Below are positions 24,308-38,889 of a stretch of DNA of 64,000 bases, piece after piece. The position numbers and the translations under genes are program-made. The stretch lies in the NCBI RefSeq assembly GCF_963921235.1, contig NC_086098.1, positions 1,426,001 through 1,490,000 on the forward strand, given 5' to 3'. Every line of letters starts with the position of its first letter. The stretch's first letter is position 1. Under the pieces are notes generated by a model. The model saw only the letters and a list, made by a program, of their open reading frames with translations. It searched no databases and was not told where the DNA came from. The DNA is from Mobula hypostoma. Taxonomy: Eukaryota.

Positions 24308-25260
24308 CGAGTTACTTACACCCTCTGTCTGTCATTCTATCCCGTCTGATGGAAAGTAGTCTATTGAAATCTCAAACTGAAGGTAGGTAAATTAGCGACC
24401 GCGTTTAAATTCATACAGTGGGCTGACAACTTTATATTGTGTACTGACGTAATTACTGCTTTAAGCGACTTTATTCTTTATCTGCCCGCTTGTTTTAGCG
24501 CACAGTTCAGCACATTTTAATGGAGTCGATATTTTTAAGCGGGACTTTCTTTTATATCGATCTTAATGCGACACACCGAAATTAGTACTCACTATTTTTA
24601 CGCATTTTCTCCAGCAGACGTTGATCTGTGAAACTCTTTTCGGCACTATATCTATATTGTGACTGGGGAATTGAACAAGATCAGCGCCCCAACTTGAAAA
24701 CCCTTTTCCTTAATGACGTCATTCTTCCCGGAAGTTTGTATCGACCTAAAATGGTTTACGTTTCTATTCCGCTCTTTAAACTGAACTACGCCTTTTCTTT
24801 TCAGTGAAGTCTGTATCCCAGATCCCAGAAGAGCAGCTCCCGCCGGACGGAACGGAACCGCCACCCCTAGCTATATTCATTGATTAAAACATCTTACACT
24901 GGAATATAGTTTATTACCGGCTCCCACAATAACTTCCCCGATACTGCAGTAAGTTTTCCGGAGACATCAGATGGTAACCCTTAACCCTATACAACTTCAT
25001 GACAGACAGCTGGTCCAGAGTGTGTGTGGTTCTTACGGATGCAGTGTACATCTCAGCATAAAGACCATTCGGACTGGCCGCGCTTAACAAGGCTTTTCGG
25101 CGGTCTCTTTTAACTTAGGCCGCTGTCACTTGCGGTATTCTTTCACTCTATTACGGACTTTCTCCGTGTTTTCCCAACAGCCTCACCCCTACCACTACCC
25201 CGTCCCTGCTCTACGACATCATTCAAGTTCCATTTGTAGCTTCTCAGCCACATCAGCGAC

Positions 25261-25760
25261 CTGAAACCTCACTATAGGAAGGATGTGGAAGCATTGGAAA
25301 GGGTACAGAGGAGATTTACCAGGATGCTGCCTGGTTTAGAGTGTATGCATTATGATCAGAGATTAAGGGAGCTAGGGCTTTACTCTTTGGAGAGAAGAAG
25401 GATGAGAGGAGACATGATAGAGGTGTACAAGATAATAAGAGGAATAGATAGAGTGGATAGCCAGCGCCTCTTCCCCAGGGCACCACTGCTCAATACAAGA
25501 GGACATGGCTTTAAGGTAAGGGGCGGGAAGTTCAAGGGGGATATTAGAGGAAGGTTTTTTACTCGGAGAGTGGTTGGTGTGTGGAATGCACTGCCTGCGT
25601 CAGTGATGGAGGCAGATACACTAGTGAAGTTTAAGAGACTATTAGACAGGTATATGGAGGAATCTAAGGTGGGGGCTTATATGGGAGGCAGGGTTTGAGG
25701 GTCGACACAACATTGTGGGCCGAAGGGCCTGTACTGTGCTGTACTATTCTATGTTCTATG
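25261..25760 (+). mobile_element. CR1 3' end, young and 5'-truncated
   Basis: ORF 25285-25698 (LERVQRRFTRMLPGL..TRGHGFKV), followed by a (TTCTATG)n tail. Confidence 0.9.
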
Positions 25761-26074
25761 AAACATTAACTCAGTGGTCCTCTCCACAGCTGCTGCCCGG
25801 CCAGCCGAGAACTTTCAGAATTTCCTGCCTTTATTTCAGAGACCTAGCATCTGTGATATATATTTATATTGTGAAAAACAAACAAACAAATACTGAAGAC
25901 GCGGCTAGGCTCCAACCCGATGCACCTCCAACTACGATTTCCTACACCCTGCCCCTTCCAACTCTCAGTCCATAATAGAGACCCACATCAGAATCAGGTT
26001 TATCGTCAATCACGTACTTCATGAAATCTGCTTTTTTTTGCGGCAGCAGTACAGTGCAATACTTAAAATTACTA

Positions 26075-26146
26075 CAGTACTGTTGAAAAACCTGAGGCAG
26101 CCTGGCTAGATACAATACATGTGCCTAAGACCTTTGCCCAGTACTG
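26075..26146. mobile_element. 72-bp Tc1/mariner-type MITE
   Basis: TA|CAGTACTG...CAGTACTG|TA, with imperfect inverted arms of about 25 bp and a TA duplication. Confidence 0.6.
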
Positions 26147-27054
26147 TATATTTAGGAATTTTGGCAGGAAGGGCGGGTTTAGATGAAGTAGCTGGTTTAC
26201 GAACAGAGGCAATGTGTGGTGATGAGAGGCAGTTGATAGGGCAAGACTGCGGTTTACGGAATGAATTGCAACATTGAAGTCGGTCAAAATGGGAAGGGTG
26301 AATACAGGACTGAAGGTGTGTATCGGAATGCGCGCAGGATACGAAATGAAGTCCATGAACTTGCAACACAGTTGCAGCTTGGCATATATGATACTGTTGT
26401 GGAGGCATCACTGAACTGTGGCTGAAAGAAGATTATAGCTGGGAGCTTAATGTCCAAGGATACCACATTGTACCGAGAGCACAGGCAGGAAAGCCGAGGG
26501 GGCGGTATTGCTCGGTTGGTAAAAAAAAATGAAATCAAAACATCAGAAAGAGGAGACATAGGGTCGGAATGGGTTGAATCATTGTGGATAGAGCTAAGGA
26601 ACTGCAGGGGTAAAAAAGTCCCTGATCGGAGTTGTATACAGAACCCCCCTCCCCAAGCAGCAGTAAATTTGAAATTAAAAAGCAGAGCTTCGAGCAAGTT
26701 TTCTCTGAATTGGACAGTCCACGTCAGAGCTGCCAAAAAAGTGTTACATTTTAATCAGGAGGGTGAAAGAGATTTCAAAGGCAGTTTGGCCGCAGTTGTG
26801 GAGCGACCAATCAGTAAGAGGGGTTTATTAGTAATGACCAATGAGAATAATTAAAGTGCAAGCGGAGCAGCCATTCATTTGGAATAAGATCATAGGAGTG
26901 ATAGGCCATTCAGCCCGTAGAATCCGCTCCACCATTTCATCCTGGCTAATACTAGATTCCATTCAAGCCCATACACCTGCCCTCTCACCATATTCGTTGA
27001 TGCCCCAACCAATCAAGAATCTATCAACTTCAGTTTTAAATATACCCATGGACT

Positions 27055-27177
27055 TCGGCCTGAAACGTCGACTGCGCCTCTTCCTATAGATGCTGCTTGG
27101 CCTGCTGCGTTCACCAGCAACTTTGATGTGTGTTGCTTGAATTTCCAGCATCTGCAGAATTCCTGTTGTTTGCGTTT
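27055..27177 (+). mobile_element. Penelope pseudo-LTR mini-copy, truncated within the hammerhead
   Basis: TCGGCCTGAAACGTCGACTGCG...TTTGCGTT. GACTTC is repeated at 27051-27056 and 27178-27183. Confidence 0.8.
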
Positions 27178-29477
27178 GACTTCACCTCAAATGTAGCTTG
27201 TGGCAGAGAATTCCACAGATTCACCACTCTTTGGCTATATAAAAAAATCCTTCTTACTTCTGTTATAAAAGGTTGCCCCTCAATTCTGAGGCTGTGCCCT
27301 CTGGTTCTAGATACCCCCACCAGAGGAAACATCCTGTCCACATCCACCTTTATCCAGTTCTTTGAACATTCGGTAGGTTTCAATGAGAACCCCCACCCCG
27401 CAGCATTCTTCTAAATTTCAGTGAGTACAGGTACAAAGCTGCCGAACGCTCCTCAGATGTTAACCCCTTCATTCCCAGAACCTTCCTCATGAACCTCCTC
27501 TGGACTCTCTCCAATGACAATACATTCGTTCTGAGATAAGGGGCCCAAAATTGTTGACGATACTCCAAGTGCAGCCTGACTAGTGTCTTATAAAGGTTCA
27601 ACATTATCTCGTTGTTTTATCTTCTGTTCCCCTTGAAATAAATGCCAATGTAGAACATAGAAAATCTACTGCACATTACAGGCCCTTCAGCCCACAATGT
27701 TGTGCCGATCATGTAACTTATGTAGCCTAGAATTTCCCTTTGTTTTTCTAAGCTCCATGTACCTATCTAAGAGTCTATTGTATCCGCCTCTACTGCCTTC
27801 ACCGGCAGTGTATTCCACATACCCACCATTCTCTGTGTGAAAAACTTACTTCTGACATCCCCCTTGTACATACTTCCAAGCACCTTCAAACTATGCCCCC
27901 TCATGTTAGCCATAAGACCATAAGATTATAGGAGCAGAAGTAGGCCATTTGGCCCATCGAGTCTGCTCTGCCATTCAGTCATGGGCTGATCCAAATTTTC
28001 CGGTCATCCCCACATCCCTGCTTTCACCTCATACCCTTTGATGCCCTGGCTAATCAATTACCTATCTATCTCTGCCTTAAATAGACCCAGTCACTGGTCC
28101 TCCACAGCCACTCTGGGCAACAAATTCCACAGATTTACCACCCTCTGACTAAAGTAATTTCTCCGCATTTCAACCCTGGGAATAAAGCCTTTGACTATCC
28201 ACACAATCAATGCCTCTCTGCATCTATCAGACACATCTCTCTCTCCATCGCTCCAGGGAGAAAAGGCCAAGTTCACTCAACCTATTCTCATAACTTATAC
28301 CCTCCAGTTCAGGGAACATCCTTATAAATCTCCTCAGCACTCTCGCTGTAGTATTTACATCATTCCTGTAGTGAGGTGACCAGAACTGAACACAGTACTC
28401 CAAGTGGGGTCTGACCAAGGTCTTATATAGCTGTAACATCCCTTCACAGCTCTTGAACTCAATCTGATGGTTGATAAAGGCTAAAACACCATACACCTCC
28501 ATAACAACACTATCAACCCGCGCAGAAGCTTTGGCTGTCCTATGGACATGGACCCCAAGATCTCTCTGATCCAAGAGTCTTACCATTAATATTATATTCT
28601 GTCTTCAGATTTTATCTACCAAAATGAACCACCTCACACTTCTCTGGGTTGAACTCCATCTGCCATTTCTCAGCCCAGTTCTGCATCCAACTGATGTCCT
28701 GCTGTAATCTTTGCAGCCCTCCACACTATCCACAACACCCCCAATTCTTGTATCATCAGCAGACTTACTAACCCACCCTTCTACCTCCTCATCCAGATCA
28801 TTTATAAAAATCACAAAGAGAAGGGGTACCAGAACAGATCACTGAGGAACAGCATGGATCATCAACCTCCGTGCAGAATATGAACCATCTACGACCATGC
28901 TTTGCCTTCCATGGGCAAGCCAATTCTGGATCCATAAAGCAAGGTCTCAGTGGATTCCATGCTTCATTACTTTCTGAATGAGCCTGACATGGGGAACCTT
29001 ATCAAATGCCTTACTGAAATACATATACACGACATCTACTGCTCTACCTTCATCAATGTGTTTTGTTACATCCTCAAAGAATTCAATCAGATTTGTAAGG
29101 CATGACCTGTCATTGACAAAGCCATGCTGACTATCCCTAATCAGATTATGTCTCCCCAGATGCTCATAAATCCTACCTCTCAGGATCTTCCCCAACAACG
29201 TGCCAACCACTGAATTAAGACCCACTGGGTCTATAATTTCCTGGGTTATCTCTACTCCCTTTCTTGAACAAGGGAACAATGTTTGCAACCTTCCAAATCC
29301 TCTGGTACTTCTGTCCCTATTGATGATACAAGGATCATCACCAGAGGCTCAGCAATCTCCTCCCTTGCTTCCCACAATAGCCTGGGGTACATCTCATCCA
29401 TTCCCGGAGACTTATCTAACTTAATAACTTTGAAAAGCTCCTGACATCTTCTTTCTTGATGTCTATACATTCAGTGT

Positions 29478-29935
29478 TTCAAGTCAAGTCACTTTTTATT
29501 GTCATTTCGACCATAACTGCTGGTACAGTGCACAGTAAAAATGAGACAACGTTTTCAGGACCATAGTGCTACATGAAACAATACAAAAACTACGCTGAAC
29601 TACGTAAAAAAACAACACAAAAACTACACTAGACTACAGACCTACCCAGGACTGCATAAAGTACACAGAACAGTGCAGGCATTACAATAAATAATAATCA
29701 AGACAATAGGCACAGCAGAGGGCAGTAGGTTGGTAGCCCGATGGCTTGAGTGAAAAACTGTTACATAAATAAACAGCTGTACTCCCACCGAGTATTTCGT
29801 TGGAGTCGGATGTAGTCCAAATTACTGTCCATTGGAGAGCAGAATGGATGGGAGAGCTGGCCGGCTAGGGCTTGCTTTTTTCCTGGCACAGACTCCTGCC
29901 CGCTCGCCTCGCTTCCACTTCCTCGCACACCACTT
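29478..29935 (-). mobile_element. Internally deleted Rex1/L2-like element inserted in CR1
   Basis: (TCAAG)n tail at about 29480, a LINE-type 3' UTR, and a short LDYIRLQRN endonuclease-like remnant. Confidence 0.5.
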
Positions 29936-32900
29936 AAGTCATCCCTACGATCACCAAGGTCCTTTTCACGAGTGAATACTGAAGCAAAGTATTCATTAAG
30001 ACCATAAGACAAAGGAACAGAAGTCGGCCATTGGGCCCATCGAGTCTGCTCTGCCATTTTATCATGAGCTGATCCATTCTCCCATTTAGTTCCACTCCTC
30101 CGTCTTTTCACCATAACCTTTGATGCCCTGGCTACTCAGATACCTATCAATCTCTGCCTTAAATACACCAAATGACTTGGCCTCCAAGGCCACCCGTGGC
30201 AACAAATTCCATAGATTCACCACCCTCTGGCTAAAAAAAATTCTTCGCATCTCTGTTCTGAATGGGGGCCCTTCAATCCTTAAGTCATGCCCTCTCGTAC
30301 TAGACTCCTCCATCATGGGAAACAACTTTACCACATCCACTCTGTCCATGCCTTTTAACATTCGAAATGTTTCTATAAGGTCTCCCCTCATTCTTTTAAA
30401 CTCCAAGGAATACAGTCCAAGAGCGGACAAATGTTCCTCATATGTTAACCCTCTCATTCCCAGAATCCTTCTAGTGAATCTTCTCTGTACCCTCTCCAAT
30501 GTCAGCACATCCTTTCTTAAATAAGGAGACCAAAACTGCCCACAATACTCCAAGTGAGGTCTCACCAGCGCCTTATAGAGCCTCAACATCACATCGCTGC
30601 TCCTATACTCTATTCCTCTAGAAATGAATGCCAACATTGCATTCGCCTTCTTCACTACTGACTCACCCGGAGGTTAACCTTAAGGGTATCCTGCATGAGG
30701 ACTCCCAAGTCCCGCTGCATCTCAGAACTTTGAATTCTCTCCCCATAAGTACCCCCGCTACCTCCTCAGGCTCCACACACATGTCCACTCTCACTCCTGA
30801 CTGGTCCTATTCTCACATGGCTCATCCCCTTGCTCTTCACATACTTGTAAAATGTCTTGGGGTTTTCCTTAATCCTACTTGCCAAGGCCTTCTCATGGCC
30901 TCTTCTAGCTCGCCTAATTTGATTTCTGACCTCCTTTCTGGCATCCTTGTAATTTTTTTTACAGCTCTAACAGTATCTAGGTTCTTGAAACTTTCGTAAG
31001 CTTTTCTTTTCTTCTTAACTAGATTTTCTACATCCTTTGTACACAATGGTTCTTTTACCCTACCATCCTTTCCCTGCCTCACTAGAACATACCAATACAG
31101 AATGCCATGCAAATATTCCCTGAACATTTGCCACATTTCTGCCATGCATTTTCCTGAGAACATCTGCTCCCAAGTTCATGACTAGTAGCATCATATTTCC
31201 CCATACCCTATTTAAATGTTTCATGAAATTTCTGTTCCTATCCCTCTCCAATGCTATGGTAAAGGAGATAGAGTTGTGGTCACTACCTCCAAAATACTCT
31301 CCCACTGAGAGATCTGACACCTGACCAGGTTCATTTCCCAATACCTATCAAGTACAGCCATTCCTCAATACATAAATCTTTCTGAAAATACCTAATAAAC
31401 TCCACCCTATCTAAACCCTTTGCTCTAAGGAGATGCCAGTCAAAATTAGGAAAGTTAAAATCACCCATCACAACAACTCTATTATTATTGCACTGTTCCA
31501 GAACTTGACTTCTTATCTTCTCCTCAATGTCCCTGTTAATACTCAGGGGTCTATAAAAAACACCCAATAGAGTTATTGCCCCCTTCCTGTTTCTGACCTC
31601 CACCCACAATAACTCAGTAGACAATCCCTCCGTGACTTTCTCCTTTTCTGATTACTATCCCTGACTATCATGTCACTCTCTTATCTTTTTTGTCTCCCTC
31701 CTTGCCCTTTTTGAAACATCTAAAGCCTGGCAAACTCAGCTGTCATTACTGCCCCTGAGTCATCCAAGTCTTTGTAATGGCCACAACATCATAGTTCCAT
31801 GTATTGATCTATGGTCTAAATGCCAATGTTGCATTTGTCTTCTTTACCACAGATTCAACCCGTGAATTAACCTTCTGGGAGCCTTGCATGAGGATTCCTA
31901 AGTGTCTTTGCAACTCTGATGTTTGAATTTTCTCCTATTTAGATAATAGTCTACACTATTGTTCCTTTTACCAAAATGCATCATTATACATTTCCTAACA
32001 CCGTATTCCATCTGCCAGTTTTTTGCCTAGTCTTGATGCCACAAGGGTTGGGGGTGTTGTGTATAGTCTAGAGGGTTGTTAGAAGTTACAGTGGGACATT
32101 GATAGGATGCAAAACTGGGCTGAGAAATGGCAAGTGGACTTCAACCCAGATAAGTGTGAAGTGGTTCATTTTGGTAGGTCAAATCTGAAGACAGAATATG
32201 ATATTAATGAGAAGACTCTTGCATGTGAGGAGGATCTGAGAGATCTTGGGGTCTGTGTCCATAGGACACTCAAAGTTGCTATGCAGGTTGACAGTTTTGT
32301 TAAGAAGGTATAAGGTGTGTTGGCAGTCATCAACTCTGGGATTGAGTTCAAGAGCCGTGAGGTAAATTTACAGCTATATAAGACCTTGGTCAGACCTCAC
32401 TTGAAGTACAAGTTAGGTACCGAGGTGATGTCAGGAATAAGTTTTTCACACAGAGAGTGGTGGGTGTGTGGAATGCACTGCCAGTGGCGGTGGTGGAAGC
32501 GGATACAATAGGGTCTTTAATTCCAGACAGTTTCTAGAGTAGGTTGCATAGTCAGTACAACATTGTGGGCCAAAGGGCCACCATAGTAAATTTCTATGTT
32601 CTTCCTACTTGTCTAAGTCCTGCTGTAATCGCATGGCTTCCTCAGCACTACATAATCCTCCAACTATCTTTATATCATCCACAAACTTTGCCACTGAACC
32701 ATCAATTCCACTATGTAAATCATTGACAAACAATGGGAAAGTAGCAGTCCCAATACTGTCCCCTGAGGAACACCACTAGTCACTGGCAGGCAAACAGGAA
32801 AAAAACCTTTATTCCCACTCACTGCCCGCTGCCTGTCAGCCATTCCGCTAACCGTGCCAATATATTTCCTACAATGCCATAGGATTTTATCTGGTTAAGC

Positions 32901-33399
32901 AGCCTCATGTGAAGCATCAGGTGTGATGTTGTGGCTATCACTGTATCGTGGGTGAAGGATTGTTGTAGTTGGGAGCTAAATGTGCAAGATTACACTTATT
33001 GGAGGGATAGGAAGGTCGGCAGAGGGTCTTCTGGTAAAGAATGGCATCAAATCATTAGAAAGATGTGACATGGGATCGGAAGATGTTGAATTTTGGTGGG
33101 TTGAGTTAGGAAACTGCAAAGTTAAAAGGACCTTGATGGCAGTTATATACAGGCCTCCCAATAGTAGCTGGGATGTCGACCACAGATTACAACAGAAGGG
33201 CAATGTTATGATAGTCAGGGAAGATTTTAACATGCAGGTCAATTAGGAAGATCAGGTTGGTACTGGATCTCAAGAGAGTGTGTTTGTTGAATGCCCAAGA
33301 GATAGTGTCTTCCACAGTAAAGACTGAAGCAAAGGACTTGAAAAGTTCATCAGCTGTTTCTTTAACATGCTTGTGTTTGGAGTAGCTTTCACTCATGAG

Positions 33400-35742
33400 G
33401 CTTAGCCGAGATCAGGTTTGGTAAGTTACATTGTTTTGTAAGTTACTCTTTCCTTGTCCTTAATTGTTCATTCCTCACTGTTAGGCATAGTAGATTAGTG
33501 AAAATGGCTCCAGGTGCAGTGTTTTGTACGCGGTGTAAGATGTGGGAAGTCCGCAACACCTCCAGCCTCCCAGATAAACACACCTGCATCAAGTGCTCTG
33601 AGTTGCAGCTCCTGAGAGAATGTATTAAGGACTGGAACTACAGACTGATGACCTTTGACTCATATGAGAGAATGAGGAGGTGATAGACAGGAGCTACCGC
33701 AAGGTAGTCAACAGTAGGTTGGAGGAGACAGGTAACTGGGTGAGTGCCAGGAGGAGGAAGAGAAATGCTGAGCCAGTGCAGAGTACAGCTGTGGCCATTC
33801 CCCTCAATAATAGGTATACAACTTTAGACACTCTTGAGGGGGATGACCTACTGGGGGAAGCCACTGAGACCGAGTCGCTGGCTCAGAAGAGCAGAGAGGG
33901 TAAAAGGGATCCAGTGTTGATGGGAGATTCCTTAGTCAGAGGAACAGAGGTGAGGTTCTGCGAACACAACTGGAACACCTGGATGGTATGAGACATCCAG
34001 ATAGTATGTTGCCATCTGGTGTCAGGATCAGGGATGTCTTGGATCGTACATGGGATTCTCAGTCTATGGGATTCTCGAGGGTGAGGATGAGCAGCCAGAA
34101 GTCTTGGTGCCAATGACTTAGGTAGAGAAAGTGATGAGATCTTGAAGGGAGATTATAGGTAGCAAGGTTGCTCCTGCACCTATTTTCTATGTTTCTACTC
34201 CTGCACCTATTTTCTAAGGTAAAAAGCTGAGAAACATGATCTCCAGGGTAGTAATCTCTGGTTTGCAGCCTGTGCCATGTGCCAGTGAGGATAAAAATAC
34301 TTTATACTTTATTGTCGCCAAACAATTGATACTAAAACGTACAATCATCACAGCGATATTTGATTCTGTGCTTCCCACTCCCTGGATTACAAATATTAAA
34401 TCTTAAAATATTAAAAATAGTAAAAATTAGTAAATTTTAATAATTTAAATTATAAATCATAAATAGAAAATAGAGAAGGGAAAGTAAGGTAGTGCATAAA
34501 AACTGAGAGGCAGGTCTGGATATTTGGAGGGTGCGGCCCAGATCCAGGTCAGGATCCGTTCAGCAGTCTTATCACAGTTGGAAAGGAGCTGTTTCCAAAT
34601 CTGGCCGTGTGAATCTTCAAGCTCCTGAGCCTTCTCCTGGAGGGAAGAGGGACGAAAAGTGTGTTGCCTGGGTGGGTCATGTCCTTGATTATCCTGGCAG
34701 CACTGCTCTGACAGCGTGCGGTGTATAGAATGATTTGGCAGGTGAATGTGTGGCTGAGGAACTGGTGCAAGGGACAGAGGTTCAGAGTTATGGATTGTTG
34801 GAAAGGTATGACATGTACAAAAGGGACGGGTTACACCTGAACCCGAGGGAGTCCAATATCCTTGCAGGCAGGTTGGCTAGAAATGTTCACGTGAGTTTAA
34901 ATGAATTTGACAGGGGGTTGAAAGCCAGAGTGATAATCCTGAAGATGGGGTAGTTCGTTTCCAAACAGAGGCAATGTGTAGTGAAAATCCTATTGAGGAG
35001 TGGCTGATAATAGGGAAAAATTGCAGTCAACGGTATGAGTTCCAATATAAAAATGGACATAAGACTGAAGATGTTATATTTGAATGCACACAGTATACAG
35101 AATAAAGGTTGATGAACTTGTAGCACAGTTGCAGATTGGCATGTATGATGTTGTAGACATCACTGCATCATGGCTAAAAGATTATAGCTGGGAGTTTAAT
35201 GTCCAAGGATACACCTTGTATCAAAAGGATATACAGGAAAGCAGAGAGGGTGGTGTTGCTCTATTGGGATAAAAATGAAATCAAATCATTAGGAAGAGGT
35301 GACATAGGGTGAAAAGTGTAGAATCATTGTTGATAGAGCTAAGGAACTGCAAGGGTAAAAAGACCCTGGTGGGAGTTAAAGGCAGATCACCAAATAGTAA
35401 TAAAGATGTAACCTATAAATTACAACAGGAGATAGGATGTCAAAAGGCCAATGTTACAAGAGTCATGCGGGATTTCAATAGTCTTAGTAGATTGGGAAAA
35501 TCAGGCTGGTGGTAGATTACATGAGGGGAAATTTCAAAAATGCCTATGAGATGCCTTTTAAGAGAAGCTTGTGGTTGAGCCCATTAGGGAATCAGCTATT
35601 CTGCACTGGGTGTTTTGCAATGAACCAGAATAGAATAGAGAGCTTAAGAGAAAGGAATGCTTAGGGACAAATGAACATAATATGATTGAATTCACCCTGA
35701 ATTTTGAGAAAGAGAAGCCAAAAGTCAAATACGTCAGTATCA
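33400..35742 (+). mobile_element. CR1 5' portion: ORF1 (Cys-rich zinc-finger-like N-terminus and SGNH/GDSL esterase) plus endonuclease; probably continues at 39430-40349 and 45181-45990
   Basis: MAPGAVFCTRCKMWE..HTCIKC (33498-33683), VLMGDSLVRGTE (about 33910-33950), YKRDGLHLNPR (about 34815-34850) and YLNAHSI (about 35077). Confidence 0.8.
34298..34727 (-). mobile_element. Rex1/Babar 3' end, same subfamily as 207-965
   Basis: Near-identical to about 207-600, including the TACTTTATACTT tail. Confidence 0.85.
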
Positions 35743-38700
35743 CCATAAGATCATAAAACATATGAGCAGAATTAGGCCATTTGGCCCATTGAATCTGCTT
35801 CATCACTCAATCGTGGCTGATGCTTTTTTTTTCTCCTCCTCAGCCCCAGTTCCCGGTCTTCTCCTCATATGATGCCATGTCCAATCAAGAATCTATCAAG
35901 CTCTGCCTTAAATATACCCAACAACCTGTCCTTCACAGATGCCTGTGGTAATAAATTCCATAAATCCACCATCCTCTGGCTAAAGAAATTTCTCTGCATC
36001 TCTGTTTTAAATGGACATCCCTCAATCCTGAGGCTGTAGACTCACCCACTATGGGAAACATCCTTTCTGCTTCTACCCTGATCAGGCTTATCAACACTTT
36101 GAAAGGTTTCATTAAGATCCACCCACATCCTTCTAAATTCCAGTGAGTACAGATCCAGAGCTATCAAATGTTCCTCGTATGATAACCCTTTTATTCTCAG
36201 AATCATCTTTGTGTACCTCCCCTGAGCCCTCTCCAGTGCCAGTACATCTTTTCTTCAATGAAAAGCCCAAAACTGTTCAAGATACTCAAGGTGAGGCCTC
36301 AGCATCACATTCCTGCTCTTATATTCTAGACCTCTTGAAATGAATGTTAAAACTGCGTTTACCTTCCTCATCACCAACTCCACCTGCAAGTTAACCTTTA
36401 GGGAGTTCTGCACAAGGACTCCCAAGTCTCTTTACATTTCATATTTTTGGATTTTCTCCCTGTTTAGAAAATAGAATGCACATTTATTTCTACTACCAAA
36501 GTGCATGACCAGGCATTTTCCAACATTGTGTTTCATTTGCCACTTTCTTGCCCATTCTGCTAATCTGCCTAAGTCCTTCTGCAGCCTACCTGTTTCCTCA
36601 ACACTACCTGCCCCTCCAGCAATCTTTGTATCATCTGCAAACTTGGCAACAAAGCCATCTATTCCATCATCTAAATTATTGATATACAGCATAAAAAGAG
36701 GTAGTTCCATCACCAAACCCTGAAGAAACCACAAGTCACTGGCAGCCAACCAGAAAAGGATCCACTGGTGGCGTCCAACCAATCAGTCAATGCTCTAACT
36801 ATGCCAGTAACTTTCCTGTAATACCATGGGCCCTTAGCTTGGTGAGCAACCTCATGTGTGGCACCTTGTCAAAGGCCTTCTGAAAGTCCAAATAAACAAC
36901 ATCAGCTGCATCCCTTTTGCCTATCCTATGTATAATCTACTCAAAGAATTCCAACAGGTTCATCAAGCAGGATTTTCTCTGAAGGAAACCATGTTGACTT
37001 TGTACTATCTTGTCCTGTATCACCAAGTACTACATCACCTCACGCTAAGCAATTGACTCCAACATCTTCCCAACCACTGAGGTTAGGCTAACATATCTAT
37101 AATTTACTTTCTGCTGCCTTCCTCCTTTCTTAAAGAGTGGAGTGACACTTGCAATTTCCCAGTCCTCTGGCACCATGCCAGAGTCCAATGATTTTTGAAA
37201 GATCATTACAAATACCTCCACAATCTCTACCTCTTTCAGAACCCTTGGGAGAAGTTCATCTGGACTAGGTGACCTATGTACCCTTAGGTCTTCTGGCTTT
37301 ATACACCTTCTCCTTTGTAATAGTAACTGCACTCACTTCTCCTCCCTCACACCCTTCAACATCTGGCACACTGTCTTCCCGCTAATTTTTGCTTTGTTGT
37401 ATGCTCTCTCTTTTGCTTTTACGTAGGCTTTGACTTCCCTTGTCAGCCACAGTTGTACTACTTTGCAATTTGAGTATTTTTTCATTTTTGGAATACATTT
37501 ATCCTGCACCTTCCTCATTTTTTCTAGAAACTCACGCCATTGCTGCTCTGCTGTCATCCCTGCCAGCAGCTTCTTCCAATTTACTCTGGCCAACACCTGT
37601 CTCATACCACTGGAATTTCCTTTACTCCACTGGTATGTCAGACTTTACTTTCTCCCTATCAAATTTCAGGTTGAACTCAATCATATTGCGATCACTGCCT
37701 CTGAAGTATTCTTTTACCTGAAGCTCCCTAGTCACCTCTAGATCATTATATAACATCCAATCCAATAGTTGATCACCTAGTAGGCTCAATGACAAACTGC
37801 TCTATAAAGCCATCTCATAGGCATTTAACAAACTCACTCTCTTGAGATCCATGACCAACCTAATTTTACCAGTCGACCTGCATGTTGAAATCTCCCACTG
37901 CTATCATAACATTGTCCTTTTGACATGCCTTTTCCTGTTGTAATCTGTGGTCCACATCCCAGCTACTGTTAGGAGGCCTGTATACAACTGCTATCAGGTT
38001 CTTTTACCCTTGCAGTTTTTCAACTCAACCCACAAGGAATCAATATTTTCTGATCTTATGTCACATCTTTCTAATGACTTCATGCCATTCTTTACCAGCA
38101 GAGGCACACTACCCCTTCTGCCTACCGTTTTATCCCTCCAATACAACGTATAACCTTGGACATTCAGCTCCCAACTACAAGCAGGATTCAGTGATGGCCA
38201 CAACATGATACCTGACAATCTGTAATAGTGCAACAAGATCATCCACCTTATTTCTCATACTTCATGCATTGAGATATAATGCTTTGAGTACCTTATTCAC
38301 TACCCGTTTTGTTTCTGCATCCCTAATGCACTGGTACACACTGTGCTGGCTACCATTTTGTCCTATCATCTCCCAGCCCTTCCTGACAGTCTGACAGCAC
38401 GCTATCTTAGCTTTTTTTTACCAACCATCCTGTCCTGAGTTCCTTTTCTCCAATTTCCACCCCCTGCTAAATTAGTTCAAACTCTCCTCAACAGCTCTAA
38501 CAACGTGCCTGTGAGAATATTGGTCCCTCTTAGATTCAGGTGCAACCATTCCCTTTTGTACAGGTCATACCTCCCCCTGAAGAGATCCCAAGTATCGAAG
38601 AACCTGTACCAGCTTCTCAGCCATGCATTAATCTGCCAAATCATCCTGTTTCTACCCTCACTGGTGTGTGGCACAGGCAGCCATCCAGAAATTACTACCT

Positions 38701-38885
38701 TGGCGGTCATACTGCTCAGTTTTCTACGTAGTTCTCTAAATTCTCCTTTCAGGACCTCCTTGCTTTTCCTTCCTCTGTTATTAGTACAAATATGTACCAA
38801 GACATTTGGCTGCTCTCACGCCCTCTCCAACAGTTGTGGACATGATCCGAGATATCCCTGACCCTGGCACCTGGGAGGCAGCATG
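35743..38885 (-). mobile_element. Long degenerate CR1 (ORF1 esterase through 3' UTR)
   Basis: ORF1 VHICTNNRG..VVISGWLPVP (38477-38800), EN at 37994-38242, RT with FADD at 36432-36782 and a (CCATAAGA)-type tail at 35743. Confidence 0.85.
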
Positions 38886-38889
38886 AATG

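Larger units (their letters stand above)
26290..33370. mobile_element. Dense mosaic of nested CR1 fragments on both strands
   Basis: Many short ORFs with CR1 EN, RT and C-terminal motifs (26450-26660, 27380-27604, 28227-29470, 30086-30655, 30837-31624, 32107-32511) and (CCATAAGA)n tails at about 27911 and 30001. Confidence 0.85.
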
